Below are positions 1 through 13,733 of a DNA stretch of 64,000 nucleotides, one piece after another. The notes below the pieces were generated by a model that did no database searches, was not told the origin of the DNA, and saw nothing but the letters and a program-made list of their open reading frames with translations. This DNA comes from the human T2T-CHM13v2.0 reference genome, Homo sapiens, in assembly GCF_009914755.1 (NCBI RefSeq), contig NC_060933.1; one strand, 5' to 3'. Numbering within the stretch: the first letter of the stretch is position 1; each line of letters opens with the position of its first letter. A program made the translations under genes and the position numbers.

Positions 1-304
1 ATGAAACTATTTGCTCATTCTTTCTGGTTTGAGGGCAAAGCTTCATTTTGTCATTTTTGACCTATCAAGGTTAAGTAAACTTTGTTTTTCATTTCTTTCT
101 TTCTTTTGTCTCTAACAGACATCAGAACAATATGACTTGGAAAATCTATACATCTTGGCTTAGTAGCTGACTACCAGCAACCTTGGACACCCTCTAAAGC
201 TAATATTAATATTAATTAGGAACACTTTTCCTCTTTTGCTGAATACATTCTTTGCTTAAGCATGTACTCCAGGGCAAATGTCCTTAACATTTGAAATTCT
301 TTCA

Positions 305-510
305 AGTTTTATATTGTTTGTAATTGATGCATAACAATTGTACATATTTATGAGGTACAGTGTAATATATGTATATGCTATGTAATGATCAAATAAGGGT
401 AATTAGCATACCCATTCCTGAAACATTTATCATTTCTTTGTGATGGAAACATTCAAAATCCTCTCTTCTAGCTATTTTGAAATATACAATACAGTATTGC
501 TAACTATGCC
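305..510 (-). mobile_element. L1MA-type LINE-1 3' UTR fragment
   Basis: ATTGTACATATTTATGAGGTACAGTG...TAATGATCAAATAAGGGTAATTAGCATA...AACATTCAAAATCCTCTCTTCTAGCTATTTTGAAATATACAAT matches the antisense L1MA 3' end as recalled. Confidence 0.8.
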
Positions 511-639
511 ATGAACATCATTGATACTCCAGTGAAGTCTGTGGAATTGTTCTGTGACAAATTAGAGGTGGTCACAATTTTTCGACATGTATTTCCACAA
601 GAGGAGGGAAATATTTTTGCCTTCTGTTGAATTTGGGCT

Positions 640-1097
640 TGTCTTAGTTGTTCATTTGTAACCAAGAGAAAGTAGAGGTGACACTGCATGACATGTGAAG
701 TAAGGTCAGAGAAGGCGGGTTGCTTCTTCTTTGGTCTCTCAGCACACTCTCTTCCTGAATACTACCTCTTGATGTGCTCCTTCTCAGAACTCAGCCACCA
801 TGGTGCAAGAATTTCATGTTACAAGGGGAGGTAGATGTTCTGGTGGTCAGCCCCATCTGAACTCCTAATCATCTTGGATGTCCAGCAACCAAAAAGCACC
901 TGAAAAGGTGCTTGTGGTTTTCATGAGTGAAATCATAGCAATCATTGAACTATAACCATGTGAGAGATCACATATGACAGTTGCTTGGTGGGACCCTTCT
1001 CAGATTCCTGACCCACAAAATCATGAGGAAATAAAGGGTTATTGTAATTTTCTAAATGTTAGGGTAATTTTTTACCTAGCAATAGCTAACAAGAACA
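640..1097 (+). mobile_element. Old MaLR solo LTR (MLT1H/I/J-like)
   Basis: 3' part CAGATTCCTGACCCACAAAATCATGAG...AATAAA...GGGTAATTT...AGCAATAGCTAACAAGAACA resembles MLT1 3' termini. The 5' boundary is approximate. Confidence 0.6.
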
Positions 1098-1502
1098 CTT
1101 TCTCAGAATAATGTTTTTAAATGCATGGAATAAAATGTGTAAAATTACAAAGAAAATGTATATTGAAATAGTTATAAAATATTTTTAAAATAAATTTAAT
1201 TTTACTCATTAAACTCATTTATTGTTAACTCATTAAATAAGAGCTATGATCAGGTCTATGACTACCATAATTTTAAAATATTGATGAGCAAAATATGATA
1301 AGGCTGAATATCACAATATTAATCGAATACAAAACATCTGATTTGTATTGGTGACAAATTTTCAAGTATCGCTAAACTCCACTCTTGGTTGTCAGATTGA
1401 GATTTACTAAATTTCCATTCAATGTTGGTAAAAATGAAATATTTTATAATACATATTTACTGATCCCTTGGAGTATCCTTGGACTACAGATCAAGAAACC
1501 CA
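1098..1502. mobile_element. hAT-Charlie family non-autonomous DNA transposon remnant
   Basis: TCTCAGAATAATGTTTTTAAATGCAT...CTACCATAATTT...ATTGGTGACAAA..., ending in a degenerate GGACTACAGATCAAGAAACC terminus. Confidence 0.55.
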
Positions 1503-1879
1503 ACTGTAGATACTCCTTCTTCAGGTATTTTTTATGCTGTTTTTTTCACCTGGAATAAATTTCCTCCTATGAATATTCAAAATCAATCTATTGTTCAAGA
1601 ACCCATCTTAAATCTCCCTCCCTCAACCAAGTCTCTCCTAATGTCATTCCATCTCCAGTTCCAATAATACCTCTGGACTCTTAAGTTTTTTTTATCTTTT
1701 ATGGCTATTTATGCCCAAGATATATATTCCCTAATAGAGTCAAAAGTTCTTAAGTAATGGATGAATGTGTTGTGAATCTGTTTCCCAGAAACTAGTAAAT
1801 TGTGTCTTTCAGAAACTCACAGCAATTAATCTACTTAGTAGGTTCATAATAAATTTATACTGGATTAATCAGTGACTCC

Positions 1880-2408
<529 letters not shown>

Positions 2409-3729
2409 ATGAAAACAATATACAGATAAAATAAGAACCCTTGGTCTTAGCATTAAAACATCTACAAAATTTGGACTTAATGGACCTTCCCTACTTTTGC
2501 CTCCTAGCTGCCTGAACATATCTTAGGCAAAGTCTTGGCCATCTCATCAGTGTTTCAATGTAGATTATGTGGATCAAGTCCCAGCTCATAGTAATTTTTT
2601 TTTCCATCTATGAGAACCACAGCCTCAGCTGCCATGTCTGTGTTAGGAGATCCTAATAGTCTGTCCATAAATAACTAATCCAGGGAGGAACCTGAGCCAA
2701 ACAGGCGAATCAGATGCATTCCTCAGAAGAATCTGACCTGGAAATAAAGGAAGAACACCAGTCTTTTTCTGGTAGTAAGAGAAACAACGTGAGACTCAGG
2801 GTTTGCTGCAGGCTATGTTTCCTTCTAGTCAGAGGAAGAGAATATACAAAAGAGAATATAAATCTGGTATATAGAGAGGAAAGAACAAACTTTCTGATGG
2901 TGATTCAGTTCCTGGTTCTAATTGTCACCAAGGCCATCTTCATTCTGTCTTGTCCACGGTCATATCCTTTATCTTCCAATAAATTATCCTTTCTGCCTAA
3001 GCTGGTTCAACTGGGTTCTGCCTCTGAGGTCCAAGAATATTCGGATGGTAAAATTTTCCCTTTCCCGACACCTCAATTCAAAGCACTAGCCCCTTAAAAC
3101 ACCCCTCCCTGTCCTCCCTTGCTCAGAAGCCCAGTCTGTTCTAACAGCTTGAGCCCACACTAATATCTAGCCTTCCTGATCTTCCGTAGCATTGATCATC
3201 TGTACCACACAAATTGGCAGACTTATTATCCTGTTCTGTATCTTGCACTGACTCATTATTGTCTCAAATTCAACTAATGATATCTTTAGGCTTTATTTAA
3301 CTGTTCCATTTTATACCTGGAAAGAACATTAGTGATTTTTAATCCAACCTCCTCATTTGTACAGAAGGAGAAAATAACACAGAGAGAAGTGACTTTCCTA
3401 AAGTCATATAACATTTCTCAAACTAAGTTCTGCTTAAGTACAACATTGACAAATGAAGCAGTGCTTGTGATGAAATCAGCTTACAAAAAGCTGCATATTC
3501 TATTTCGTAGAATAACTGATGCTGAACAATTAATATTGCATATCAAAGCTTTTGAGAAATCCTGCAGAAAAAAATGAAGCTATTTCAATTGCTTTAACTC
3601 CATTTTCTGAAAATTTGACTGTAGGAATATTTTCTCACCAAGTGCTATTGAGAATTAGTGTTTTTTGATATATACCTTGATAACCCCATGCTAATGATTA
3701 TTGAGTTGGTCTGCTTGTTGCAAATCTGA

Positions 3730-4154
<425 letters not shown>

Positions 4155-4424
4155 CACTTTAACTTTTTTTAACTTGAAGGTTAAACCTTCAAGTTTTTAC
4201 CTTTCTAGTCTGTGAAAAACATTATGTTATCCAAAATATACTTAAAATATAGATGCTCCAATTTCATAATCAAATTCTGGGAGAAGCAGTCTTTCTGTCT
4301 TTGTTCTAGCAGTGGGAAGAGACCAGATCTCTGGCTTCTGTACTGGAGATTTGGTCCAAAACATGATAAGAGTATAAATTATGAACAGAATCCTAAAACT
4401 AAAAGTGACCTTAGAAAGAACATA

Positions 4425-4545
4425 GCTAACTATCCTCATCTTGCAGAAGTGGAGATTTAAGTTCAAGATAGAGAGGGGACTTCCCCCAGTGTTACACAGA
4501 GATTTTTGCTTGAAGGCAAGACTCAAAGCCAGACCTTCAGGTTTC
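4425..4545 (-). mobile_element. MIR fragment
   Basis: TATCCTCATCTTGCAGA...GACTTCCCCCAGTGTTACACAG...AGACTCAAAGCCAGA resembles the MIR core. Confidence 0.55.
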
Positions 4546-4609
4546 CATTCCTGTAACCTTTCAAATAAATCCCGTTATATTGACCATCTCTTCAAGGTCT
4601 GAGGTTGAT

Positions 4610-4790
4610 TACTTGGGTTTTCCTCTTACTTTTTCTCTCCTCCTTTCCTTTGGTTCTCGTTCCTATCCCCCTCATCCCCTTCTCTTCCTCTCCCTCCCTC
4701 TCCCCTTCCTTCTCCAAATCTTACTTATTCTCCTCCTCTTTCTTCTCATCATTCTACTTTTCACTCTTCTTCTTATGTTGCTTTTGTGTG
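4610..4790. repeat. CT-rich low-complexity polypyrimidine tract
   Basis: About 180 bp made almost entirely of C and T. Confidence 0.8.
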
Positions 4791-4840
4791 ACATTTTCCA
4801 TTAAATATTGAGCAAATTTACATTTTTTTCTGGTACTAAA

Positions 4841-5267
4841 TGTCTTAGTCTGTTTTGTGTTGCTATAAAGGAATACCTGAGGCTGAGTCATTTATAAAGA
4901 AATGATATTTGGCTCATGGTTCTGTGGGCTTTACAGGAAGCATGGCACCAGCATCTGCTTGGCTTCTGGTGAGGGACTTAGGCTTCTTCCACCAGTGACA
5001 GAAGGTTAAATGGAGCCAGCATGTGCAGAGATCACATGGTAATAGAAGAAGCATCAAAGAGTGAGTGGAGAGGTGCCAGCCTCTTTTGAACAACCAGCTT
5101 TTATGGGAACTAATACAGCAAGAACTCGCCTGCTATGGTGAGAATGGCACCAAGTCATTCATGAGGGATCTGTCCCCAAAACCCAAACACCTCCATGTCC
5201 TACCAGCAGAATTGGAGATCAAGTTTCAACATGAGGTTTGGAGGGGTCAAATATCAAAACTATAGCA
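4841..5267 (-). mobile_element. MSTB-like MaLR solo LTR
   Basis: TG...CA termini (TGTCTTAGTCTGTTTTGTGTTGCTATAAAGGAATACCTGAGGCTG ... CAAAACTATAGCA). 5-bp TSD CTAAA/CTAAG. Confidence 0.88.
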
Positions 5268-5935
5268 CTAAGAACATTTGCATACAATTGAAAAATAATG
5301 AATGTTTAGTTTTTCAGTACATTTTTCTTCCTCTATCTCTGAAATCATATGAATGCAATAGGCTTTTTAGCCAGAAAGAGTTCATGTACCAATGGGGATG
5401 TGCATACAGTTTTAAGTGTTCATTTAAAGTATCATAAATCTCATCTATGTAGTATACACCAGTGCCCCCCAAAATTTCATACGTAATAACTACTTGTAAA
5501 TCTTGTTAAAATGAAGATATTATAATTCAGTGTTTTGAGGTGGGGCTTAAAGGTCTGGGTCATTAGTAAGCCCTAGATTATGCCAAAATCCACAGGTTGT
5601 ACTTTGATTAGTAAGAATATAGACCAAAATCACCATTTCCTTTTGATTGGCTCTTGTGGTTTACACAAAATCTTCATGTACATTCACTCTCTCTCAAAAA
5701 TATAAAGAAGTAATAATATTATAGAAAACTTGTAAGGGCAAGAAGATGAAATGTACATAAATAAAAGATAAAGAAAATAAGTTCACTCACCCACCTCTTC
5801 TTCATTCACAAAGGAATGTGAAGGTAAGACTGGTCAAGGTAATTATCTAAAATGGTAAATCTGGTAAGTTGTAGAGCTAGATAGACCCCCAAGTCTTGTA
5901 CTTTCAATTATACTCCAGTTAGGAAGTCAATCTCT

Positions 5936-5938
<3 letters not shown>

Positions 5939-5982
<44 letters not shown>
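5939..5982. repeat. (CA)n microsatellite, about 22 units
   Basis: Read directly from the sequence. Confidence 0.97.
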
Positions 5983-5988
<6 letters not shown>

Positions 5989-7359
5989 TCCACAAATACA
6001 TACATGCATGTGTATACAGTAAGATAGAGACTGTCATCCAAAGCATTGCTAAAAGCTCTGCAATTACAAGGAAATAAAAAGGTGAATTTCTTTAACTTTG
6101 ATTTTTCTTAATTTGATGTTTTCTCTGATTGAATTTTGATACCCTGGATTTATAGGAACTTGGTTCTGCCACAGATTTGGCTTATTTTCTTTAAGTTACT
6201 TAACATTACAGATTCTATTTTTGTTAAATAATTAAGTTTTATATATTAAAATAGAAAACTTAAAGGTTGTTTTTTTCCAAAATGTATGTGCATCTTGGAA
6301 TCAGGGACTATAGAAGAACAAATAGGAAAACAGTATCATTCTCACTATGGTTCAAATCTTCAGTGATGCCCTCTTCTTCCTCCTTTCCTTCTGTTTTTTC
6401 TGCTATCAGCCTTGTGGGCAGATGGGATCTCAGCCCCTTCAATGTGCCTGCTCTTCTTGTGGAACCAGGAAGTCACATCCCATAAAGCAAATAAATAGTC
6501 CAGAAACACAAAAGGATCTGGTTTAAGATCTACAGAACAGTTCTCATTCTCCCCTACAATCCGATACATCTATAGGCTGGGGTGGGAAAACATCATCACA
6601 AACTTTGTAAGAGACAGTTTTGCTCTCTCCAGGATGTTATCAATTTGGTAAGGTTAAGGAAAGTGATCACAGGCCTTATATGGGTTTCTTATATTTGGTT
6701 TCCATATATGAGGAGTTTCATATATTCCATATATGAGGGTTCTTATATTTGGATTCCATATATGAGGAGCATGTGATTTTGTATGTTGATGAGGTTTATC
6801 TTAGAAATATCTAAAGAAGTTTTGTCTTGCTTGATATGTAAATCACTAAGGTGATTTACAATAAAATTACAATAAGGCAGATAATTACCTTACTCTTATT
6901 AGAACCCATAAGAATTGTATATGCCCACTAAAGTATGATTCTTACAGATGATAGCAAGAGCCAATATATATTGGCCACTCTGGTTAAGGCATGGTGCTTA
7001 AAAACATATTGGTATTAGCTTAGGCAATGCTCCATGGTAGTCCCATTTGATAGACACTAGTGTGATGACCATTTTTAGATTAAAAAATGTTAGAATAAGT
7101 AAGAATTAGTGAGTGGTAAAGTAAGAAAACAAATTTAAGCTGTAGGACTATAAATACTGTGCATGTAACCTTGCATATTCTACCTCAATGGGACATAATT
7201 GTATACTTCATATTATACTACATGCATAAATCATATTAGAGTATTATGTAACTCAGTTGATGCATTAATTTGGCTCAGTCTAACTTTCTGTTTGTGCCAC
7301 ATACAGATGTTTTTTGAGAATGATCATTATCAGCACTTGAGAATCAAATTTAATTCAGG

Positions 7360-7895
7360 TGTGGTAGATTGTTTGCAAAAAGACAGCAATCATTTCTCTC
7401 TTCACCTCATTGCCAGGTGATTTTGCAGCAATTTCCACCAGGAGGTGAAGTCTATTTGCATTCCTCTTCAATCTAAGCTGTCTTTGTGACTTACTGTGAG
7501 CAAAGAATGTAAAAGAATTTATGTTGCACCAGTTCTGAGCCCACACATCAAGAGACCTTGAACACATCCACTCTCTCTTGGTCTACTGCCACTGCCCCGT
7601 GAACAATCTGGGCTAACTTGCAGGATAAGAGCCATGTGCCCCAGTCACCCTTGTAGCAGCCAGTCATTGCCTGTCATTGCCAAACGTGTGTGAGGCCTTG
7701 GACTAGCCCCTTTTTGCCAAGCCACCAGCTGATCACATGCACATGAGCAAACCCACTTGAGATCAATCAAGCTGACCCAGAAGAACAGATCCACTCAATT
7801 AATCCATAGACTCATGAGCAATGTTAAATGATGGTTACTTTAAGCTATTAATTTCCTTAGATTGGCTTGTGATGCAACAATAAATAAGTGATACA
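7360..7895 (+). mobile_element. MLT1H/J-like MaLR solo LTR
   Basis: Starts TGTGGTAGATTG...GCAAAAA, internal GGAGGTGAAGTCTATTT...TGTGACTT, ends AATAAATAAGTGATACA. Confidence 0.7.
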
Positions 7896-9819
7896 CCAAG
7901 AAAACAACAGCAAAAACACATATTTTATTCCATGGTATCCATTTAGTTTCTTGCATCATTTGTTTATTCAGTAATCATCTGATTAATGTTTACTCAGAGG
8001 TGATGCTTGTAATTGGTTGAAAAAGAAGTAATAATTTTGGGTCTAAATACTGTGTGTTATAATGAAGCATTTGCTTACTTTAGAATAAGCTAGAGACAGT
8101 AGGCCAAAGTGGTACTGTCTTTAAATAAGGCACCTTTATCATCTTGCATTAAAAAAACACGCTTGCTGAATTTATCAAGTCTTATTGGCTGCTCTGAGCA
8201 AAACCTGCTCACCAATTCAATACCTGGGTTTCTTCACCTTTTTGTCCAGTTGTAACTTGGTTCATTTTCCTGCATCTCTTGCACATTTCTCAGGGCCTAT
8301 TTCTGTCCTTTTAGATCAATATAGCTAACTTTTTTTCTCTCGCTCTTCTATTTGGCCTAGTTTATTTCTGTCCAAATTCTTAATTTAGAATCTCCCTGTG
8401 ACCCATCTTATTCAAGTGCCTCAGTTTACCGTTAGACAAAGTTTTAACATGATGAATGGCACCTACCCCTCACCATCTGCCAGGATATTTTCCTTATCGC
8501 AGCTTTGAGTCATAAAACACTGAAAATGATGATGGAAAAGAACTTGGCAGATATGAAAGAGTTATAAATATACATGCTCACCCATAAATCAATACCAATA
8601 ATAAATTGCATTCAAGTGCTATTTAATTCTTTGTGATCATCAATAAAGATATAAAAAGTTCATCCCCAACATCCTCTCTGTGGTTAACCTCTCAGCACCT
8701 CCATGCAGCTTCCTGCGCTATTAGTCATCATTCTGTTTACTGTCTCTCTGACGGTCTGCTTTAGTTTGATTCATCTCATTCTGGAAGCATTTTACCATGG
8801 AATGTCATTTTGGAGGTGGTTTAGAGGAGAGGTTGCGTTTCTTCTCACAACCAGTTGGAAAACTTGTACATCAAAAACTTGTGTTGGTGACGTTTAAACC
8901 CAGGGTGTCTTTTTGTTTTCTGATATAATTTATTCTCCCCCATACCAGGGAGCTCATGATTAGTTCTGGTTGGAGTTTAGCAGGAAGCAGCCTACCCATT
9001 AACTGCCCCCTCCGCTTTCTTTCTTCCCACTCCCACCCAATGTCCCTTTTCTCCCCAGTGCCATCTTCTTAGGTTCATAATTAGACTCTGCAACCTCAGG
9101 TCCCTTCCACAAAGTGATGAGCTACTAAAAATACAGCCCTGCAGGAATACGTTCAACTTCTATTTCTGTTATTTTTTTTAACATCAGTTTCAGATGAACA
9201 AAGCAGTTAAACAAAGGGAGAGAGAAAGTGCTGTGATTGTGAAGACAGAACATTGCTACTTACTTTGTTCATTTTAATTACACAAAGTCATCATTTAGCA
9301 GAAGCCCAAGGATACTGCAAGGGAAATGCTTTCACAGACTTATCTCCTTTTGATATTTCCCATTTAAAGAATCTTCCAATGACCCTGAACATAAATACCT
9401 TCATTGTAACCCTGAAAAACCCTGCATCTCTGTACAGCCCTTGAAACGGGAACAGCTGCTTTTAAGGTGTGGGGAAGGCTGGACATAATTGGACCATTCT
9501 GCTAATGAGACCTACTTCCATCACTCTGCTGACTGTCTCATGGCATTTAAGATGAGTCTCTTAAAACTGGGTTACGGAAATGAGGGTGGGGCAGGAGGAG
9601 GGGTATGTGGAAGACTCCCATGGATACTAAGAGTTTTCAGTCTTCAGTAGATATACAGAGCCAGAACACGAATGTGAGAAGAAAAAACAAAAGCTTTGCT
9701 TGTGTGAAAATCTAAAATCTGAATGTTTCTACTTCTCACCCACATGCTTGATATTTAGCAACTCCTATTTTAAAATCTGTCTTGTGATAGTGCATCAATG
9801 GCTTCATTTTTGATAATAT

Positions 9820-10050
9820 TAGATACTATCTATTTCATGTGTATTATATGTCAGACATGCTGGTAAAAAAACATATTGAATAGCTTATTTAATCTGCATA
9901 ACATAATTACAAGAAGGCACCATTTCCTCCTGCTTTCTAGATAAAAATAATGAGGTTTACTTTGGTTAAATAACATAGTAAAGGTCATGCAAATAGTAGA
10001 CGGATGAGGCAGGATTTGAACCTAGGATTCCTCAACTTAAAGCCTGAGCC
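9820..10050 (-). mobile_element. MIR
   Basis: ATTTAATCTGCATAAC...AGATAAAAATAATGAGG...GGTTAAATAAC...AAGGTCATGCA...GCAGGATTTGAACCTAGG. Confidence 0.7.
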
Positions 10051-10124
10051 TCTAGCCACCTGATGCCCCACTTGAGGAACTTAACGTATAACACCAGTGT
10101 CATTCTCTCAAAATCTCAAGTCAT

Positions 10125-10890
10125 GCACTAATTTATTCAGTGAATATTTATATAACTCCTAATACACACAAAGCCCAATGCTGGGTAGTGAGGATGCTTA
10201 ACAGGCGAATCAGGCTTAATTTTGTCCTTTGAATTACCTACAGTGTGGAGTTGGAGAAATATATTCATAGAAAATATCTGCTGTGTAGTAAAATATGTTA
10301 ATAATCATTAGGTTTACGGTGTTTAAAAGGGGAAGTTACAAGAGTAGAGAGACTGAAGTGACTGTGGTCAGCAGGAATCAAGGACAGTTTGAGAGGGTAG
10401 TTTTAAAATATCCCAGACTGTATCATTCTACTTTATCACTATATCCCTGTAATGACCAGGGTGCCTGGTATATAGTCAGTGTTTAAGAAATACTAGTTTA
10501 ATGAATGAAGGAGTAAATAAGTTGTGAATATGTAAATGATTTAGTGAATGAGTGCATGAATGTATTTTTCAATGATAAACCTTAAAGAAGCTTAGATATT
10601 TTCCCAGTGGACAAGAGAGAGATGAAGCTTCCAAAATCAAGAAAGTGAGAAATGGTATGACTAGTGTGGAAATAGGAAGTAATGAAGGAAACTAAATGTT
10701 CTGCAAGGAAAATTGAATTACTGAACTGTAGAAAATTAATTGGAAGCCACTGAATATTTTTAATCGGTGGAGAATAACGATCAAATTGGCATTTTGGAAA
10801 GACCACTGTGGCAACAGAGAATGAATTAGAGGAAGGGTTAAGAGATGGTAGCAAGGAATCCAATCTATATTCATAAACTTTTAGTTCCAT
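10125..10890. mobile_element. Degraded L2 fragments
   Basis: TATTCAGTGAATATTTAT...CAATGCTGG; CAGGGTGCCTGGTATATAGTCAGTG...AATGAATGAA; ATCAAATTGGCATTTTGGAAAGACCACTGTGGCA. Confidence 0.5.
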
Positions 10891-12279
10891 TGTATTTCAT
10901 TGAATTGTACTGATAAAAAACAAATTGTAGAGAAACATACTTTTGAAGGACATCTGTTCTAATATCCCAACCTACTCTTTTTTTTTAATGCTGAAATGTG
11001 TTTAGCAGGGGACATCTACACTAATTAAAGCAGCTTGTGGTGTGAATCAGTATTTTCATAAATGTAGTTCTGTGATCTTTGTCATGTCAATTAGCCACAT
11101 TTTTTTCTGATCTGTAAAATAAATATATTGATTTCAATCTGATACAACATAAGCATTACAGTACAATAACATTTATAAGATTTGATAAGCCATGAAGTGA
11201 TGATTCTAGTTATTATCATTATAATTCTTAAAATTAATAAAAGTGCCAGTGTGGGTGATAAAGTTGGGGTACTACTAACATTAGCACCATTACCCCAGAT
11301 TTCTGTGTTGGCAGCCTACTAAAAAGCAAAGGTCATAGTGGCATAATCCTCAAGTCTGAAAGAAATTAGCTGAGATCTATTAAATAGCCTTGATACTAAA
11401 AAATGAGTAGCGCATAGTAAGTGCTAAATAAATTATCTTTACTAAGCACAATTGATATCTGAAACCACCTCTGTTTTCTCGTCTAAAATTTCTTCAAACA
11501 TCCATTTTTTAATCTCTTTTCTCGACTTCTAATTTCCACCCTGTCATTTTCCCATAAAGATGACCAAAAATATAGGGACTCTTTGAAGCATCTTTTTCAT
11601 GTTGGATAAATGCCTAATTAGAAACCCAATTTAAAATCATGTAAAAATGTTTGTTTAAATTATTAGTGTGTGTATACACACATACATATATGCACACATA
11701 GGACAATAAGCTAACAGAAAATATATTGCTAAAAATTGTTAGCTGGGTCTCTCATCAGATTCCATATATCTTTGATAATTTCTCCATCTGTAATAAAATA
11801 ATTAATTTACTTCTATGTGTTCTCTGGAACAGCCTACTGAATTTCGTCTTGTACCCATTTGCAAATTGATTTGGTGATATTAAACCACTACGATTTATTT
11901 ATGTGGGCCTTCATTTGTTTTTGTTTTTCTTTTTTTTACCTCTCAGTCCCAGGTGACACAAAAAGGCACATGAGCCCTCTCACATCGTTGCTGGCACTTA
12001 CTGTCTTCCTAACTGTCTTTCAGTTGCAAGAATGATTCTATCTGTTCATAAGCCCGTAAAACGGATATTTGATTTGATTTAGGTGGAGATTCACTGAACT
12101 AATTTCATTACGATTAACTATCTACTGTGAGTTTTGTTCTTTTTGTGGTTCCGAACCTCTAATGCAATCCAATTTGTCAGTGTTGTCAGTGAGCAGAGTC
12201 TCTGACCTACATTTGAAGTCTTTTTTTTTTTTTTTTTTTTTTTTGTAAGAAAGAAGGTAAAGTTCACTCTGGGCAGAAA

Positions 12280-12625
12280 GATGTTCATTGACACATTTGT
12301 ATGCTTGCCCTACACACAACAGTGCTAAGCACTGGGGATAGAAAGATGAGAAAGATACAGCTCAAAAAAAAAAAAAAATTAAAGAGGTTGCCAGCCCAAA
12401 GGGAAGACAGACAACTTCAGTGAATGGTAAAATATACAATAAAAACTATATTATTAAGTTTTTATAGAGAAGAAATCCATTCACTTATTAACAAATATTT
12501 CATGAATAGCTACTATGTGTTTAAAATGAAGATGAGTTTTGCCCACATGTGCAATCAGGCAAGATCTGGAAAGGTTTTGAAGACAGAGTCGCACCCAAGC
12601 CGTGTTTTGAAGGGTGAAGAAAATT
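12280..12625 (-). mobile_element. L2 3' fragment(s)
   Basis: TTCATTGACACATTTG...CAGTGCTAAGCACTGGGGATAGAAAGATGA. Confidence 0.55.
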
Positions 12626-12639
12626 TGCTAGTTGAACAC

Positions 12640-13175
12640 TGTGAAAGATGTTTACCAAATCTGCTGCAGTTATCTTTTTCTCTGTATCCAAGCTTCTGTG
12701 AAATTAGACTCTGTATCTCTTCTCATGAAAGGGCAAAGTCCACCTCTTCCTTACTTATTCTCTCGCTCCATAGATCTAGGATAGTCACATGTGACTTGCT
12801 TTGGCTAAAAGAGTGCAGTAGAAGCAATAAGCAATGTTGTGGCAGTTCTAAATTTCAACATCAAGAGGCTCTGTATACTTCTACTCTTTCTTTGAAATCC
12901 TATGACCACCGTACAACCAAATGTATGTAGGCTAGCTTGCTGGATGAGAAAAGCCATGTGACCCAGTCACTGCTGTCACTCCAGACAAGTGCCAGCAAAC
13001 TCCAAAAGCAGAGAGCCTAGCTAAAGAGCTGCATCAGTGATCCCAGCCATGGCTGGAAGAGCCATCTAGCTTGCTTATTCCAAATTTCTCAGCCATAAAA
13101 TCATGAGGCAAATGAATGGATATTGTTTCAAGCCACTAAATTTTGGAGTGGATCATTGGCTGGCAAAAACTAAAT
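12640..13175 (+). mobile_element. MLT1H-like MaLR solo LTR
   Basis: TGTGACTTGCTTTGGCTAAAAGA...GCTAGCTTGCTGGATGAGA...TTGTTTCAAGCCACTAAATTTTGGAGTGG. This element explains most of the 168-aa ORF at 12424-12930. Confidence 0.7.
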
Positions 13176-13269
13176 GTTTAGAGATCACTTTCCAGAGAGT
13201 CAGAGTAGCATATGCAAGAACACTGAAGCAGGACTCATCAAGAGAACTTAAAGGATCTATGAGAGGTTC

Positions 13270-13640
13270 AATGTTCTCATTAGCACTGTTCTAGCTACAA
13301 GTTATGGAAACTCCATGAAATCTCTTTGAGAATCTTTTCACTGATTTTATAGACAAGACTTGCAATTGGTGGATGGACCTTCAGGCATGGTTGTATCTAA
13401 GTGTTCAAATGATGTCATCAAGGCCTTATACTATATTCAATGTTGTTTTAGTCTTTTTAGCCTAATTATTACATGGGTTATCTTCTTGTAGTCCAAAAAG
13501 AACCATGGAAAAGCTCCAGGTTTCCATTATCTATCTAGTTAGCAATTCTCAGGATGATACCTCATCCTCAGTTTATATGTTGGACTTTCAGAAAAACTCT
13601 GATTTGCCCTAGCTGTGAAGGAGGTGGGACAAAATTCACA
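13270..13640 (-). mobile_element. MLT1K/L-like LTR remnant
   Basis: CTTCAGGCATGGTTGTATCTAAGTGTTCAAATGATGTCATCAAGG...ACTCTGATTTGCCC. Confidence 0.55.
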
Positions 13641-13689
13641 AGGCCATAGGGAAAAACAGTCGCCAAAATAAAAATAGGTATTCTATTAT

Positions 13690-13733
13690 TGAAATTAATG
13701 GCAAAAACCATAATTACTTTTGCACCAACCTAC
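13690..13733. mobile_element. Half MADE1 (Hsmar1 MITE, single terminal inverted repeat)
   Basis: TAATGGCAAAAACCATAATTACTTTTGCACCAACCTA is the right half of the 80-bp MADE1 palindrome. Confidence 0.85.

Noticed and set aside
2714-3097. 127-aa ORF
   Set aside because: No recognisable homology or exon context; this length is expected by chance in 64 kb.
6676-6770. Repeat-spacer-like pattern suggesting a CRISPR array (also at 61332 and 46457)
   Set aside because: This is primate DNA with only 2-3 copies, no unique regular spacers and no cas genes. These are ordinary micro-duplications.
12424-12930. 168-aa ORF
   Set aside because: It runs through L2 and MLT1 LTR remnants and has no recognisable domain.
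13690-13733. miR-548 family precursor
   Set aside because: Only one MADE1 arm is present, so no hairpin can form.
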